A stretch of DNA of 64,000 nucleotides, from NCBI GenBank assembly GCA_964247055.1, contig OZ176052.1, forward strand, positions 558,001 to 622,000, read 5' to 3'. The translations under genes and the position numbers were made by a program. The notes beneath the pieces are model-generated. The model worked only from the letters and a program-made list of their open reading frames with translations, was not told the origin of the DNA and searched no databases. The stretch is from Paragordius varius. Taxonomy: Eukaryota; Animalia; Nematomorpha. This document shows, piece after piece, positions 24,301-36,758 of the stretch. Every line of letters begins with the position of its first letter. Positions within the stretch are counted from its first letter, which is position 1.

Positions 24301-27300
24301 TGTACGAATAAAAGTTAATAATATAAAGACAAATATTTATTTTCCCAAAAGATTCTTAAAATCTTGACTGTTATCCTGATTTTTTATGATATAATCTAAC
24401 GTTAAATTCTTTAAATATACGAAATAGATATAATGAAAGTTGAAATTATACGGATAAAAGGTATAAAAGGACAAATATTTTTTTCTAAAAGGCAAACATA
24501 ATACTCTTGATTTATTTCAATATAACTCATTGTTTTAAATGGCAAGCTGTGAAATAGAGATTATTACTAAAACAATTACTCCATATTTTACAATTGTATT
24601 TAAATAGCTTATCTTATAAGAAAGTTAAGGTTAAAAAAGTATGGGGATGTCTTTTAGATAAATATATTTGTCTTTTTAATTTTTCGTTTTGTCCATAGTA
24701 TAATTTCTTCAATTTTTACTGTAATTTATATGTGAAACATTAAGGCTCACAAAGGTAAGTATTATAGTGTCTTTTAGAAAAAAAACATATGTCTTTATAT
24801 TTTTAATTTTTACGTTTTGTCCATAAATTTTATTGAAAAAACATACTCACTCTATTTTACACATTTAAAAATTGTAATTCAATATAGTGTATGTTGCAAA
24901 TTATCAGAGTTTCTAAAAGTATGGTTATAAAAAAATTTGTCTTTATAATTATTACGTTTGTAATCAATCTGTTTAATAATTTTTACTGTAATAATATACT
25001 CTAATTTAAACATTTCACAATTGTAATTATATAGTTATATAGTTAATTATCAGGGTTTCTAAAAGTATGGTTGTCTTTTAGAAAAAAAATAGTTGTCTTT
25101 TTAATTTCGCGTTTTGTCCATAGTAAAATTTCAATTTTTATTATTTAATTTACACATTTCACAATTGTAATTATGTAGTTATATAGCAAATTATCAGATT
25201 TTAAAAAAGTATGGTTGTCTTTTAGGAAAAATATTTGTCTTTTTAATTTTTACGATTTCCTAGTAAAAAATTAATTTTAACTGTAATAATATACTCACTC
25301 CATTTTACATTTCACAATCGTAATTATATATATAGTTATATAACAATTATCAAGGTTTCTAAAAGTATTTTTAAAAAACATATTGGTCTTTTAAAATTTT
25401 TAAGTTTTATTCATAGTATAATTTCTTCAATTTTTACTGTATTAATATACTCACTCTAATTTACGCATTCCACATTTCACAATCGTAATTATATATTACT
25501 GTATGTAGCAAATTATCAGGGTTTCTAAAAGTATGGGGTTGTCTCTTAGATTAAAATACTATTTTACATTTCACAATCGTAATTATATATATACTGTATG
25601 TAGCAAATCATAAGGGTTTCTAAAAGTATGGTTTCTTTTAAAAAATATTTGTCTTTTTAATTTTTTACGTTTGTAATCAATCTGTAATCGCTAATTTTTA
25701 CTGCAATAATATACTTTTACATTTCACAATTGTAATTATATATAGTTATATAGCAGATTATCAGAGTTTTAAAAAAATATGGTTGTCTTTTAAAAAAAAA
25801 TATTTGGCTTTTAATTTCAATTTTTACTGTTTGTTATATTGATTTTAATTTTTATTGTAATTGATGTGTTAAAAATTATGGTATTACTAAAGTATGGTTG
25901 TCTTTTAGAAAAATACATATTTGTCTTTATAATTTTCACGTTTTCTTAGTAAAATTTCAATTTTTACTGTAATTTTACTTTGATATTGATTTTAAGGTTG
26001 ATATTTATGAAAAAAACACTGTGGATTTGAAAGGAAATATTAAAATTGAACCCAAAAATCTTAATTATTTTAATGGCAATAATGATAAAACTAAAAATGA
26101 TAAAAATTCTGAAAAATATGGTTCTTGGAAAACGGGAAATTCCGATGAAAGGATTCAAAGTTTGGCTGATTGTGTGAAAGAAAGTGCTTTTTTCGTTGAC
26201 AATTGCGACAATGCATTAACGAATCAAAAAAGTTAGTTTTTTTGCCTTTTTTTAAAAAGTTTTTTAAAATTTAGGAATTTTTAAACGATTTCTAAAAGAT
26301 TATTTCGTAAAAATTAAGGTTTTTTTTTAATATTTTTTGAAATATTACGAAATAACATAAAAATATAAAGACATATACTATTAAAATAATTTAATTACAA
26401 TTGGATAATACATAAATGCATGTGTTATAAATATACAACTTTATATCCTACTTTATAATTTGAAACAATGAGTTATCATTAAAAAAATTAAGATTCAAAA
26501 AATATGTAGTTGTTTTTTTAAAAAAATATTTATATTTATATTCTTACGTTTGTTCGTATAATTTCAATTTTTACTGTATTTGATATTTTTTTAAAATTAT
26601 ACATATATTCCTAAACAATTTTCCTGCAGATATATTTATAGGTATTACTTTTTTTGTTTTTTAAAATTTTTTTTTCGAAACAATAGTGTTGACGAATAAG
26701 TTAATGTTGTAGAATAATATAATTACTCACAAAATATATCATGTAATTATTATAAATATTTTGAATGATTTAAATAATTGCATCTAATTTAATTAAATTT
26801 TTTTCCAATTTTTTTCGGGTTTTTCTCCTAAAAAAACAATCCACATAATTTGTAAGTTTAAGCTAAAATATAATAATCTTTAAAAATATGAAATACAAAA
26901 CAAAATTAATATTTTTTTTATTACATTACCTAATAAATCTTTTCTTAAATTATAATATAATAAATAATTAATTTGAAAGATATGAATCTTATATATATTC
27001 TTTTTAAAATTATAATATACCATTTGCACTTTAAGTTGGTCCTTTGACTTTTTTGTTTTGTTTTTAATTTTAACCTATTTTCTATTATTTAACATAAATT
27101 TTAAATCGATATCAACTTTTAATGTTTGAGAAACCGTATATCTTTATAATTTCTTAAAATAATTTTAGATATTTATAAGATTTTAACATGGAATGAAAAA
27201 ATATATAAGTTATCTGGGTTAATAATTAAAATTTTTCATTAAAAACATTTAAAAGTTAATAATTTTGTTTAATTGAAAAAAATAGTTTGAAACAAAAAAG

Positions 27301-30300
27301 TGGTTTTTCAATAAAAAAAAGTTTATTTTTAAATGGATAAATATGTATAATAAATAAAGAATTAGGTTAATAAATAATAAAATAAAAAAATAAATGCAAA
27401 AATTATGGTTAAATTAAATTTAAAAAATTTTAAGGACCAACTTGAAATGTTTAAGGACACTCTTGAAGTGCAAATGGTATACAAAAAAATAAATATTTTC
27501 TTATTATAATTGCTTAATAAATCTTTTTTTAAATTATAATATAATAAAGAATTAACTTAAAAGATATAAAACTTATAAATTCTTTTTAATATATCGCTTT
27601 TTAAATTATTATAAATTTAAAATTACTTTATAATTTTTTTTGTATTTCTTACCAGCTAAATCGCAAAGTTTTGACGTGAATGATTTTAAACCGCTTATTG
27701 GGATTATTACATGGTTATATTGTGAAAAAATTGCAGTTGACTCTATGATGGATCAAAAACCTATCAATATTTTCAAGTTTAAAACGCAAGGTTTTGTAAA
27801 ATTTTAAACATAAATCATTTAAGAATTTATAGTTTTTTTTAGAAAATTATAATTTTTTTAGAAAATTTAAAATATATAATATGTAAAAATGATTTTTTTT
27901 TGTTTAATGCTAACTATAACTTTAATATTTTTTATTAATTTTTAATAAATCTAAACTTTTTGAGTATTTTATTTGATGGTTTTTTTGTTTTCTGCTATAA
28001 AAGAGTTTTAATTAAACTTTTTTTATACTAAGGGGACTATTAGGTTGAACACGGGTAACCTTTTTTGCATAAAAATTACTTTTTTTATAATTTTCAAAAG
28101 AATCAATATTTTTAAGGATTTTGTATTGGAAAGTTCTCGATCGATATATATTTGAGGAACATTTTTTTTATTCCTCCTTTCAAAATATACCAGTTAAATT
28201 TTTATATCCTTAAAATGATGTTTTTAAGTAAGTTTTTCCATATTTTTTTATGTTTTAATTTGTCAGAAAAAAAATGATTTTTATATGTTTTTACGGTAAA
28301 ATTGAAAATGACCACAAGTTTAAATATAAATTTTGTCCATAAATATTTGATTTAATGCATTTTTTTATTATAAAATTAAAAGATTTTAATTATCTTTACA
28401 GTAAAATTAATGATAACCACAAGTTTTTATTACTAAGTATTGTCTGTCCATAAATGTTTGATTTAAAGTAGTTTTATATTATACTTTATAAAATTAAAAG
28501 ATTTTTTTTTATGTCTTTACGGTAAAATTAATGAGAACCATTAAGTTTTAATAACTAAATATATATTGTCTGTCCATAAATATTGTCTGTCTATAAATGT
28601 TTGATTTAATTCAGCAGTTTTTTATTATTTTTTTTATAAAATTAAAAGATTTAATTTAAAGTATTTTTTAATTATTTCTCAAAAGATTTTAATTTTAACA
28701 TTTTTATTGTCTTTTAATAAAGGTAACCATCATTTATACACCTTGGGACGTATAGGGGAACATACGGTAGTTAGTATTAAACTTTCGACTTTGGGTAAAT
28801 CTCGGCCAGCTTTAATTTCCTCTACGAATGCCATAACACGCTTACTTGGTGAGAATTTGACTTTTTATAGTTAAAAAAGTTGATTAATATTTATAAATAT
28901 TGAGAATATTTTAAGTTTAAATGATGATTTTGATATAAAATATTATTTTTTAATTTTTTTTTAAAAAAAAAGAAAAATATCCATATATATTGGGGAATAT
29001 GAGCTTTTTTTATATTTTGTTATAAAATTGACCTTTTTTTGTTAGTGAAAAAAATGAAAATTCATAAATTTTGATTATTTTAAGCTTAATTTATTAGGGT
29101 TTATATAAAATATAGGTTTTGACCTTTTTTTGTTAGTGAAAAAAAGATAAATATTCATAAATATTGAGCATATTTTAAGTTTACTTTAATAGGATTTATG
29201 TAAAATATTTTGACGTTTGATATGTTTCTCTATTTAATACTCTAAAATTGATTTTATATTCTAGGGTAATTTCGTACACTCTAAATTGTATATATATAAT
29301 CCTAAAAATGTTGTTTTTAAATAGTGTTTGTACCTTATAAATTTTAGATTGTTTTAATGAATGGATTTTGTTTGCAATAGCAGAAAAATTTTAATTACAA
29401 TAATATGGTTTTGTTTTGGATGTTTTCATTTTAACACTAATATAATTTTAATTTTCCTGAACATTGTTTTATAACTCTAAATTTTTGAATATCTTTAAAT
29501 AATGGTGATTTTTTAATCTAATTTGGCAAATATTGAACAAATATTTGTAGGAAATTTTTTATTACAAAATATAGTTTCTTTAGTTAGTATTTTAATGATT
29601 TTTCAACTCTATTTTAGAAAAATCTAATCTATTATAACATTCAATTAACACAATATAATTTCTGCTATTGTTTTATATTACAGTAAAAATTGAATTATAT
29701 ATGGACAAAACGTAAAAATATTAAGAAAAAAATTTTTTTATTAAAAGACAATAATACTTTTTCAAACCTAAAAAATATTTATTAACAATTGTGTAATACA
29801 TATTTGATTGTGTTACCAATACATCTCTATTTTACTTACAGTTCAAAACAATGAGTTTAATTTAATATTCATATATAAAAGAGGGTTGTTTTTTAGAAAA
29901 GAATAAATTTTTACGTTTTGTCCGCATATAATTTCAATTTTTACTGTATGTGTGTGAATTCACAGTTTTCTAATTTTCTATGTATTTTTAAACGTTTTTT
30001 TGCAATTTATATTTAAAAACGCGAAAATTTTGTTTTTTAGCATAGTTTAATTTTAAAACATCTAAATTTTTTATTGTTTAAATGTATATATATTAATTTT
30101 CTAACTTTAAAAAACATTTTTTTGCTAATAAATTTTGTTTTTATTGTTAGGTACCTTTCCATCCATAAAACATATAATATGTGTTGGGGTCGGTTATGGC
30201 GTCAATTATCTCAAGGATTATAGGTTATTTTAGACGTCTTTTCTTTTTTCTTTGATTTATATGTAAAATTTTAGTTTTTAGTTTAAAATATGAATATATA

Positions 30301-33300
30301 CCATTTACAGTTCAAATTCACCCTTAAACAATTCAAATTCACCCTCGAACAATGTAAATTCACCCTAAAAATAAATTATGTGTTTTTCGAACCAATATAA
30401 CTCATTATTAATATGAAATATATGTTTATGGTATAGTTTATTATTTTTTCAGTATTATTTTAATTTTAAACAAAATTTCATTTTTTTAATATGTCTAAAA
30501 AATATAGGTAATTTTTAATCTTAAAAAACATATTTTATTTGAGGGTGAATTTGAATTGTTCAAGGTGAAATTGAATTATAAATGGTATTGTATGCATTTT
30601 AATAGTCGCTTATTTTACACTATAGTAGGGTAATTTGCAATATAATACAGTAATGTATGGTAGAAAAAAGAAAGGAAATACTTGTTTATTCAACCTTAGT
30701 TTTCTTTTTTTCCATACACTACTGTTTCGTTGCAAATTGTCACCCTACTATAGTAACATGAAATAAGCAACCATTAAAATGCATACTGTATATTATATTA
30801 TAAATTTTTGGTTTATAATAATAAGAAAGTCAGTCTATGTTTCACATTGTACTTTATAAATTTCTTAGGGGAAGTTTAAAAAACTTGATGTAATTATCTT
30901 TTATCTTAATATACCATTTACAATTCAAATTCACCCTTAAACAAATTAAATTCACTCTAAAAATAAATTATGTGTTTTCGGGCTAATAGAATTCACATTA
31001 TTATTAATACGAAATATTTTATCTTTATGGCGCAAATAGCTTATTATTTTTTCAGTATTATTTTATTTTTAAGCAAAATTTCATTTTTTTAATATGTAAA
31101 AAAATTTAGATAATTTTACTCATAAAATACATATAATTTATTTTAAGATGAATTTGAATCTGTGGAAGGGTTAATTAGAATAAGAGTGAAATTGAATTAT
31201 TGTAGGATAAATTTAAATTTTTCTTCTAGGGTAAACAGTATTGTGTTTTGATTTGTTTTTCAAGGGTGAATTGGATTTGTTGTTCAAGAGTGTATTTGAA
31301 TTCTCGATCAAGGCTGAATTTGAATTGTTCAAGGGTTAATTTTTATTGTTTAATGGTGATTTTGAATTGATGTTCAAGGGTGAATTTGAATTATTGTTTA
31401 AATTTCAATTATTGTTCAAGGGTGAATTTAAATTGTTGTTCAAGGGTGAATTTAAATTGTTGTTCAAGGGTGAATTTGAATCGTTGTTTAAGGGTGAATT
31501 TGAATTTTTATTTTAGGAATTCGAATTCTTGCTCAATGGTGAATTTGAATTTCTATTGTTTAAGGGTGAATTTGAATTGTTCAAGGGTGAATTTGAATTG
31601 TTCAAGGGTGAATTCGGATTGTTTAAGGGTGAATTTGAATTATTGTCCAAGTGTGAATTTCAATTTTTGTTCAAGGGTGAATTTGAATTTTTTAAGGATG
31701 AAAATAAATTATTATTCAAGGGTGAATTTGAAGGGTGAATATGAATTGTTTAAGGGCGAATTTGAATATTATTGTTTAAGGGTGAATTTGAATTGATGTT
31801 TAAGGATGAATTTGAATTATTATTGTTCAAGGGTGAATTTAAATTGTTGTGTGAATTTCAATTCTTGTTCAAGGGTGAAATCAAATTATTTTTTAAGGGT
31901 GAATTTGAATTTTTGTTCAAGGGTGACTTTGATATGTTTAAGGGTGAATTTCAAGGGTGAATTTGAATTATTATTGTTCAAGGGTGAATTAGAATTAGTG
32001 TTCAAGGGCAAATTTGGATTGTTCAACGGTGAATTTGAATTTTTGTTTAATGATGAATTTAAATTATTGTTTAAGGGTTAATTTGATTTTTTTTTCAAGG
32101 GTGAATTTTTAGTTCAAGGAATTTAAAGTTTAATTGGTATATATATTATGTTTTTATATTTTGCATTTTTAGACGCAAATTTAAACTGGGCGACATTGTA
32201 GTTTCTACGGACAATCCGGGGTGTCCTTACATGTACTTGGCATTAAATCAAAATTTTGAATTGTTACCCAAACATAATAAATCTCCTCAATATTCTCAAA
32301 TGCCACGAAATAATCATAATAATAATAATTGCAATCTAAATGAAAATGTTTGTTCCAATTATCACATGAAAAATATTAAGCTTTATAAACCGACTGCTAA
32401 AAGTTAGTTTAGTTTTATAGTTATTTAGGTTATTTTGAATATAGAAATTTTTTTAGATTCTATAGTTTTATTGATTTGGGTTATTTTGAATATTTAAAAA
32501 AAAATTTTGTTGAAAACATAATTTTGAATTAAAATATATTCAGATTTTTTTATGTAAAAAAAGATATTTATAAACATTTGTGATTATTGATTAAGATTGT
32601 TTTAATTTTAAACTTTGAGATTGTAATATTTTTTTAACTTTTTATTGTATTATTTTACATTTTTTAGCTACATATTAAGTAAACATTTTGAATTAAAAGA
32701 TTTTAGTTTTTTGTAAAATGAAGAGATATTTATGATTTGTCATAATTGATTTTAAGATTGTTTTAATTTTAAACTTTGAGATTGTAATGATTTTTTATTT
32801 ACATTTTTTTATTAACAATTTTTTAGCTACAATTTAAGAAAACATAACTTTAGAATTAAAATATATTCAGATTTTTTTGTGTAAAAGAGATATTTATAAA
32901 GATTTGAGATTGTCAAATTATTTTTTCTTTGAACTTTTAAGATTGTAATTATTTTTTATTTGCAATTTTTAGCTACAGTTTAAAAAAACATAATTTTGAA
33001 TTGAAATATATTTAGATTTTTTGTGTGAAATAAAGAGATATTTATAAAGATTTGAGATTATTGATTTTAAGATTTTGAACTTTTAAGATTGTAATTATTT
33101 TTTATAATTTTATTTAAAATTCATTGAAGAGACACTTTTAATTATTTATAAACTATATTAGGGTTAAATATAATTTTTAATTAAAAATATTGATAATTTC
33201 TATATTTCCCGTATGATATAAATGGACTTATATATACCATTATGCATTTCATTGGTTACTTATTTTCACATACTTTTTATAGATGTATAGTTTTTTACGT

Positions 33301-35647
33301 TATTTTAAATATTTTGAAATTTTTTTGTCGAAAACATAACTTTTGAATTAACATATATTCAGATTTTTTTATGTAAAATAAAGAGAAATTTATAAAGCTA
33401 TTTGAGATTGTTAAATATTTTAATTTTGAAATTTTTAACTCTATATTTTCCTTATGATAATAAATGGATTTATATATATACCATTATGCATTTCAATGGT
33501 TGCTTATTTCACACACTATAGAAGGGTAATTTGCAACACAACAGTAGAGTATGGAAAAAAGAAAGGAAAACATTGTTTTTTCAACATTTTGTAGTTTTTT
33601 CCATACACTACTGTAATGTTGCAAATTACCCTACTATAGTATGTGAAATAAGCAACCATTGAAATGCATAATATATATCCAGTACAAAAAAATATACGGA
33701 CAATTGTAAAAATATAAAAACAATTATACTTTTCTAAAAGACAACCCTACACTTTTAAAACCTTAATTATTTTAAATATAACAACTCATTGTTTTGAACT
33801 GTAAATTAGGAAATATAGATGTATATTGGTAACTAAATCAATGATATATATTTTAAGATTGTTATTAAATGGTTTAAATAAGTTATATTAAGGTTTGAAA
33901 AGTATGGTTGTTTTTTGAAAAAAAAAATTTGCTTTTTTACGTTTTGTCCATCCGTATAATTTCAATTTTTACTGTAGTACTTATTCAAAAAAAATTTACG
34001 ACAATAATTTTTATTTTTTATCATAAAATAAAATTTTTTTTTTTATTTATTTGTAGAATTGAATGATTTAACACATGTTATATGGAGTGAACACTTACAA
34101 TATCCCGATGATTTCTCCCCCTGGATTGAATTTATGCAAGAAGCTTTGACAAAATTAAAAAGTAAGAAAAAAGAGTGAGTTTTTTAGTAAATTATTAAGA
34201 CCAAACTTAAAAAATAATTCCGTTTTATAAGGAAAACCATATAAAAAAGCATATATTTTGAGAATAATCTTTCATTTTAACTGCTAAATATGGAATTGAT
34301 ATTGGTAAATCACTCAATTATACATTTCCTAATTGCTATGTAGAACAAATTGATAAAAAAATAAGATTTAATTTTAAAAAAATCATTTACTTTTTATTTT
34401 ATCTTTTTACTTTATATTTTATCTTTTTATATTACCAAATATTTATTTTACTATCTACTATAGATCAATCGTCAACCATTGATTGGACTAAACCAATATT
34501 TGCTAATAATACGAATAATGCGGTTTCCAATACAATTCCCCTCTTATTACTGGGACAAGGCGAAGGCACTTTAAAGGCTAATTCCTCTGATGATTTCAAT
34601 TCCAATTCAATTGATTTTTGCGATCTTATAACGCTGGATGAATCAATCGAAGAATTTGACAATAATATAGATTCAAACCTATCATATCAAAATCTTGATA
34701 AAAATGAAAACTTTACTAAAAATGAAACAGCAAATATTGGACATCCTCATATCCATTTAGGTGCAATTGCCTCATACAATAACACCACGCATGATTTACA
34801 AGGTTGGTTTTTCGAGTTTTTTTAGCAATTTTTGTAATTAATTTTAAAGCATAATAAGGGATATTTATTGTTTTAAAAATTTATTTTTTTTGAATATTGA
34901 AGGGTAAATATGTTAACTTCTAATTAATATAATGGAGATTAAAAGTATATTATCTTCTTTTTTTATCGAAAATATGTAATTGTTATTAGATATTTTAATT
35001 ATTACTGTTTTCTAAGAATTTTTTAGATTATTTTGGATAAACCCTCAGTTCTTGTCTTATTAACAATCATTAACGAAAATTCTTTATAAATTTTATAAAA
35101 TTACTTTCAAATTTTAAGGCTTTACAAAAACCATATTTATACTTTACATTTAGCAATCGACATCGAATCAAATGGCAATAAAGTTAATAATTATCTATCT
35201 ACCCACACTAACTTAAATCGAACCAATATTACTGAAAATTTGCCTACCAATGAAACCATCAATCGTAGCAATAATTATAATAATAGGGACGCGTTTTTAG
35301 CAAAACTCGTGCAAACAGCACAATCCTTGGGTATTTTAGCGTTTGATCGAAATTTCGACCCCGTTCTAGAAGCGTTTGAGGGGAATTGTATTGAAAGTTA
35401 TACCGTGGTACGCGGTCTGGCTGGTCATATTGGTCAACCTGAGTTTGTACAAGAAGCTTGTAGTATGTTTGAAACTAATCCTAATAGCAACCAACAAAAT
35501 TTGCCAAGAAATTTTATAAAGGAAAAGCCAAGTTTGTTGAAATCATCACCAATGAGTTCAGTAGAAAAATCCTGGGAACCTTATGCAGCTTTAAGTGCGG
35601 CAGCTTTTGCTAAATGTCTCATAGTTTACCTTAATAGTGGGATATGA
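18721..35647 (+). CDS. Uncharacterised about 925-aa protein: probable winged-helix region plus C-terminal purine/uridine-phosphorylase-like (PNP_UDP_1) domain, 14 exons
   Basis: Exons: 18721-18919, 18989-19056, 20670-20808, 21861-22118, 22495-22603, 23604-23871, 25997-26231, 27656-27790, 28723-28848, 30151-30223, 32173-32402, 34057-34161, 34464-34802, 35154-35647. All are GT-AG and phase-compatible (2778 nt). PNP-fold motifs: KPLIGIITWLYCEKIAVDSM, YTLGRIGEHTVVSIKL, TRLLGTFPSIKHIICVGVGYGV, KLGDIVVS, HPHIHLGAIAS, YTVVRG, WEPYAALSAAAFAK. Helix-wing-like segment EVLSILESVFPASLTTEKLIK..LIKQLSDGSWIR. The 5' exons are less certain. Confidence 0.8.
19540..19931. mobile_element. MITE family A, well preserved
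   Basis: ta|ccatttacagttcaaattcaccc with 4-5 repeats per arm ... gaactgtaaatgg|ta. Confidence 0.9.
20995..21274. mobile_element. MITE family B
   Basis: cagtaaaaattgaaattttacggg ... ccgtataatttcaatttatactg|ta. Confidence 0.8.
21323..21844. mobile_element. MITE family A with expanded right arm, ending 16 nt before an acceptor
   Basis: About 14 repeat units at 21560-21830; end aaatgg|ta at 21844; acceptor AG at 21859-21860. Confidence 0.85.
23870..25969. mobile_element. Telescoped family-B MITE cluster (tandem-amplified left arms, core, tandem-amplified right arms)
   Basis: Starts ta|cagtaaaag at 23870. Left-arm motif ggacaaaacgtaaaaatataaagacaaat-like at about 23895, 24025, 24165, 24305 and 24450. 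Right-arm motif aaaagtatggttgtctttt..gtcttt repeats from about 24640 to 25960. Ends aatttttactg|ta at 25969. Confidence 0.85.
27020..27477. mobile_element. MITE family C (TA-flanked, CCATTTGCACTT terminus)
   Basis: ta|ccatttgcactttaagttggtcctt ... aaggaccaacttgaaatgtttaaggacactcttgaagtgcaaatgg|ta; short second copy at 49889-49962. Confidence 0.8.
28260..29220. repeat. Two intronic tandem arrays (about 125-bp x3 before, about 105-bp x3 after exon 28723-28848)
   Basis: tacggtaaaatt..accac/accatt..gtccataaat..ataaaattaaaagattt x3; ttgacctttttttgttagtgaaaaaaa..tcataaat x2-3. Confidence 0.7.
29681..29946. mobile_element. MITE family B
   Basis: ta|cagtaaaaattgaattatatatggacaaaacg ... cgttttgtccgcatataatttcaatttttactg|ta. 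Confidence 0.85.
30301..30585. mobile_element. MITE family A
   Basis: ta|ccatttacagttcaaattcaccc ... taaatgg|ta. Confidence 0.85.
30591..30785. mobile_element. Hairpin MITE family E (about 190 bp); second copy at 33481-33672, fragment at about 33236-33285
   Basis: Arms tatgcatttt..gcttatttt..ctatagtagggtaatttgcaa..cagt..gtatgg / ccatac..actg..ttgcaaatt..ccctactatag..aaataagc..aaatgcata. Confidence 0.8.
30914..32137. mobile_element. MITE family A with right arm expanded to an about 1-kb 21/24-bp minisatellite
   Basis: ta|ccatttacaattcaaattcaccc at 30914; dozens of aagggtgaatttgaatt(g/a)tt(gtt)c units at 31140-32110; end aattgg|ta. Source of ORFs 31380-32081. Confidence 0.85.
32510..33440. 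repeat. Degenerate intronic tandem repeat, about 160-bp period
   Basis: ttttgaattaaaatatattcagatttttt..gagatatttataaa..tttgagattg recurs about 5 times. Confidence 0.7.
33680..33974. mobile_element. MITE family B
   Basis: cagtac..atatacggac ... gtccatccgtataatttcaatttttactg|ta. Confidence 0.75.
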
Positions 35648-36758
35648 TTGAAGAATGCTTGTTTTTTACATGTAGACTAAAAAAAATTTTAATTTGCCAT
35701 AAAATTGAAAAAAATGAGGAAATTAGTATGCTTTTCTAGAAATTTAAGCCTATACTCGCGATAGCTAACTTAATTTTCACATATTGAAACAAAATTTTTT
35801 TCTCATCGGTGCCATATAAATTCCCTAGCAATGCACTTTTTTGATATTAAAATTAAAAATTTATCAATTTATATTATTTGTTCCAACATTTTTTTCAATA
35901 TAGTTGTTGAACAACTATTATTAAAACAATTGGAATCCGGTTGAGGTCAGTGGAGAAATTTATTTTTAATTTTTCACATTTATATTATAAAAACCTACCT
36001 GGCATTTTAATTTTTAGTCTTATGCCCACCCCCCACTGCATTATTTATATTCTTAAATGCAATATTGAATCTTAACAAGTCCATCAATTTTTAAAATTTG
36101 CAATTATAAATTAGATTTTTTTTAGCGAATTTAATATTTATAAATTTTAAGTAAAAAATTTTTTATATAAATAATTTATAATATTTATATTAGTATTTGT
36201 ATTAGCTAATAAATAATTTGAAGTAAATATTTTGAATAAAAATCAATAAAAAATAATTAACACAGGATTATAGCAATGAGTTCCGGAAGTCTCATTAATT
36301 TTAAAACTTTTTAGTGTACGATACCACAATAAATAATAGCAATTTTATATATTTGTAAAATTAATAATAATGTTATGTGTAAATTATTAGTAACTGGGAA
36401 GACTATAGTGTTATTCTAACCCATATTTTAATATTTTTTTATATGAAACATAAAAGGTTTGTTACTCAGGTAAGAAAGCAATTATTTTTAAACAATTACT
36501 TGTATTTTTTTACAACTAATCAAAATATTAAGATGTGTTAAAATATAATGCCGAGCGTTTGCGCTTTGATTATTTTTTGTCCGCTAGAATTTATCATTCA
36601 TAAATGAAAATCAACCCAGTCTATTTGACAACCTATTCGGCAATTGCAAATTTTCTTGCACAATCTTTTAAAATCTTGAATAAATATATTATAATTTTAT
36701 TGTTAGACATGGATTTTCAGGTTTGTCGCATAATTTAAATTTAACTTTTACATTATAC

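Noticed and set aside
31380-32081. ORFs with (FKGEFEL)n / (RVNLNCS)n repeats (also 13566-13868 N-terminal part, 19827-20024, 11583-11750, 21223-21432)
   Set aside because: They are translations of the family-A minisatellite, open in several frames at once, with no splice-compatible connection to the gene models.
31140-32110. Regularly spaced 21-24-bp repeats as a CRISPR array
   Set aside because: Units are head-to-tail without unique spacers, are degenerate, lie inside MITE arms in a spliceosomal intron, and there are no cas genes.
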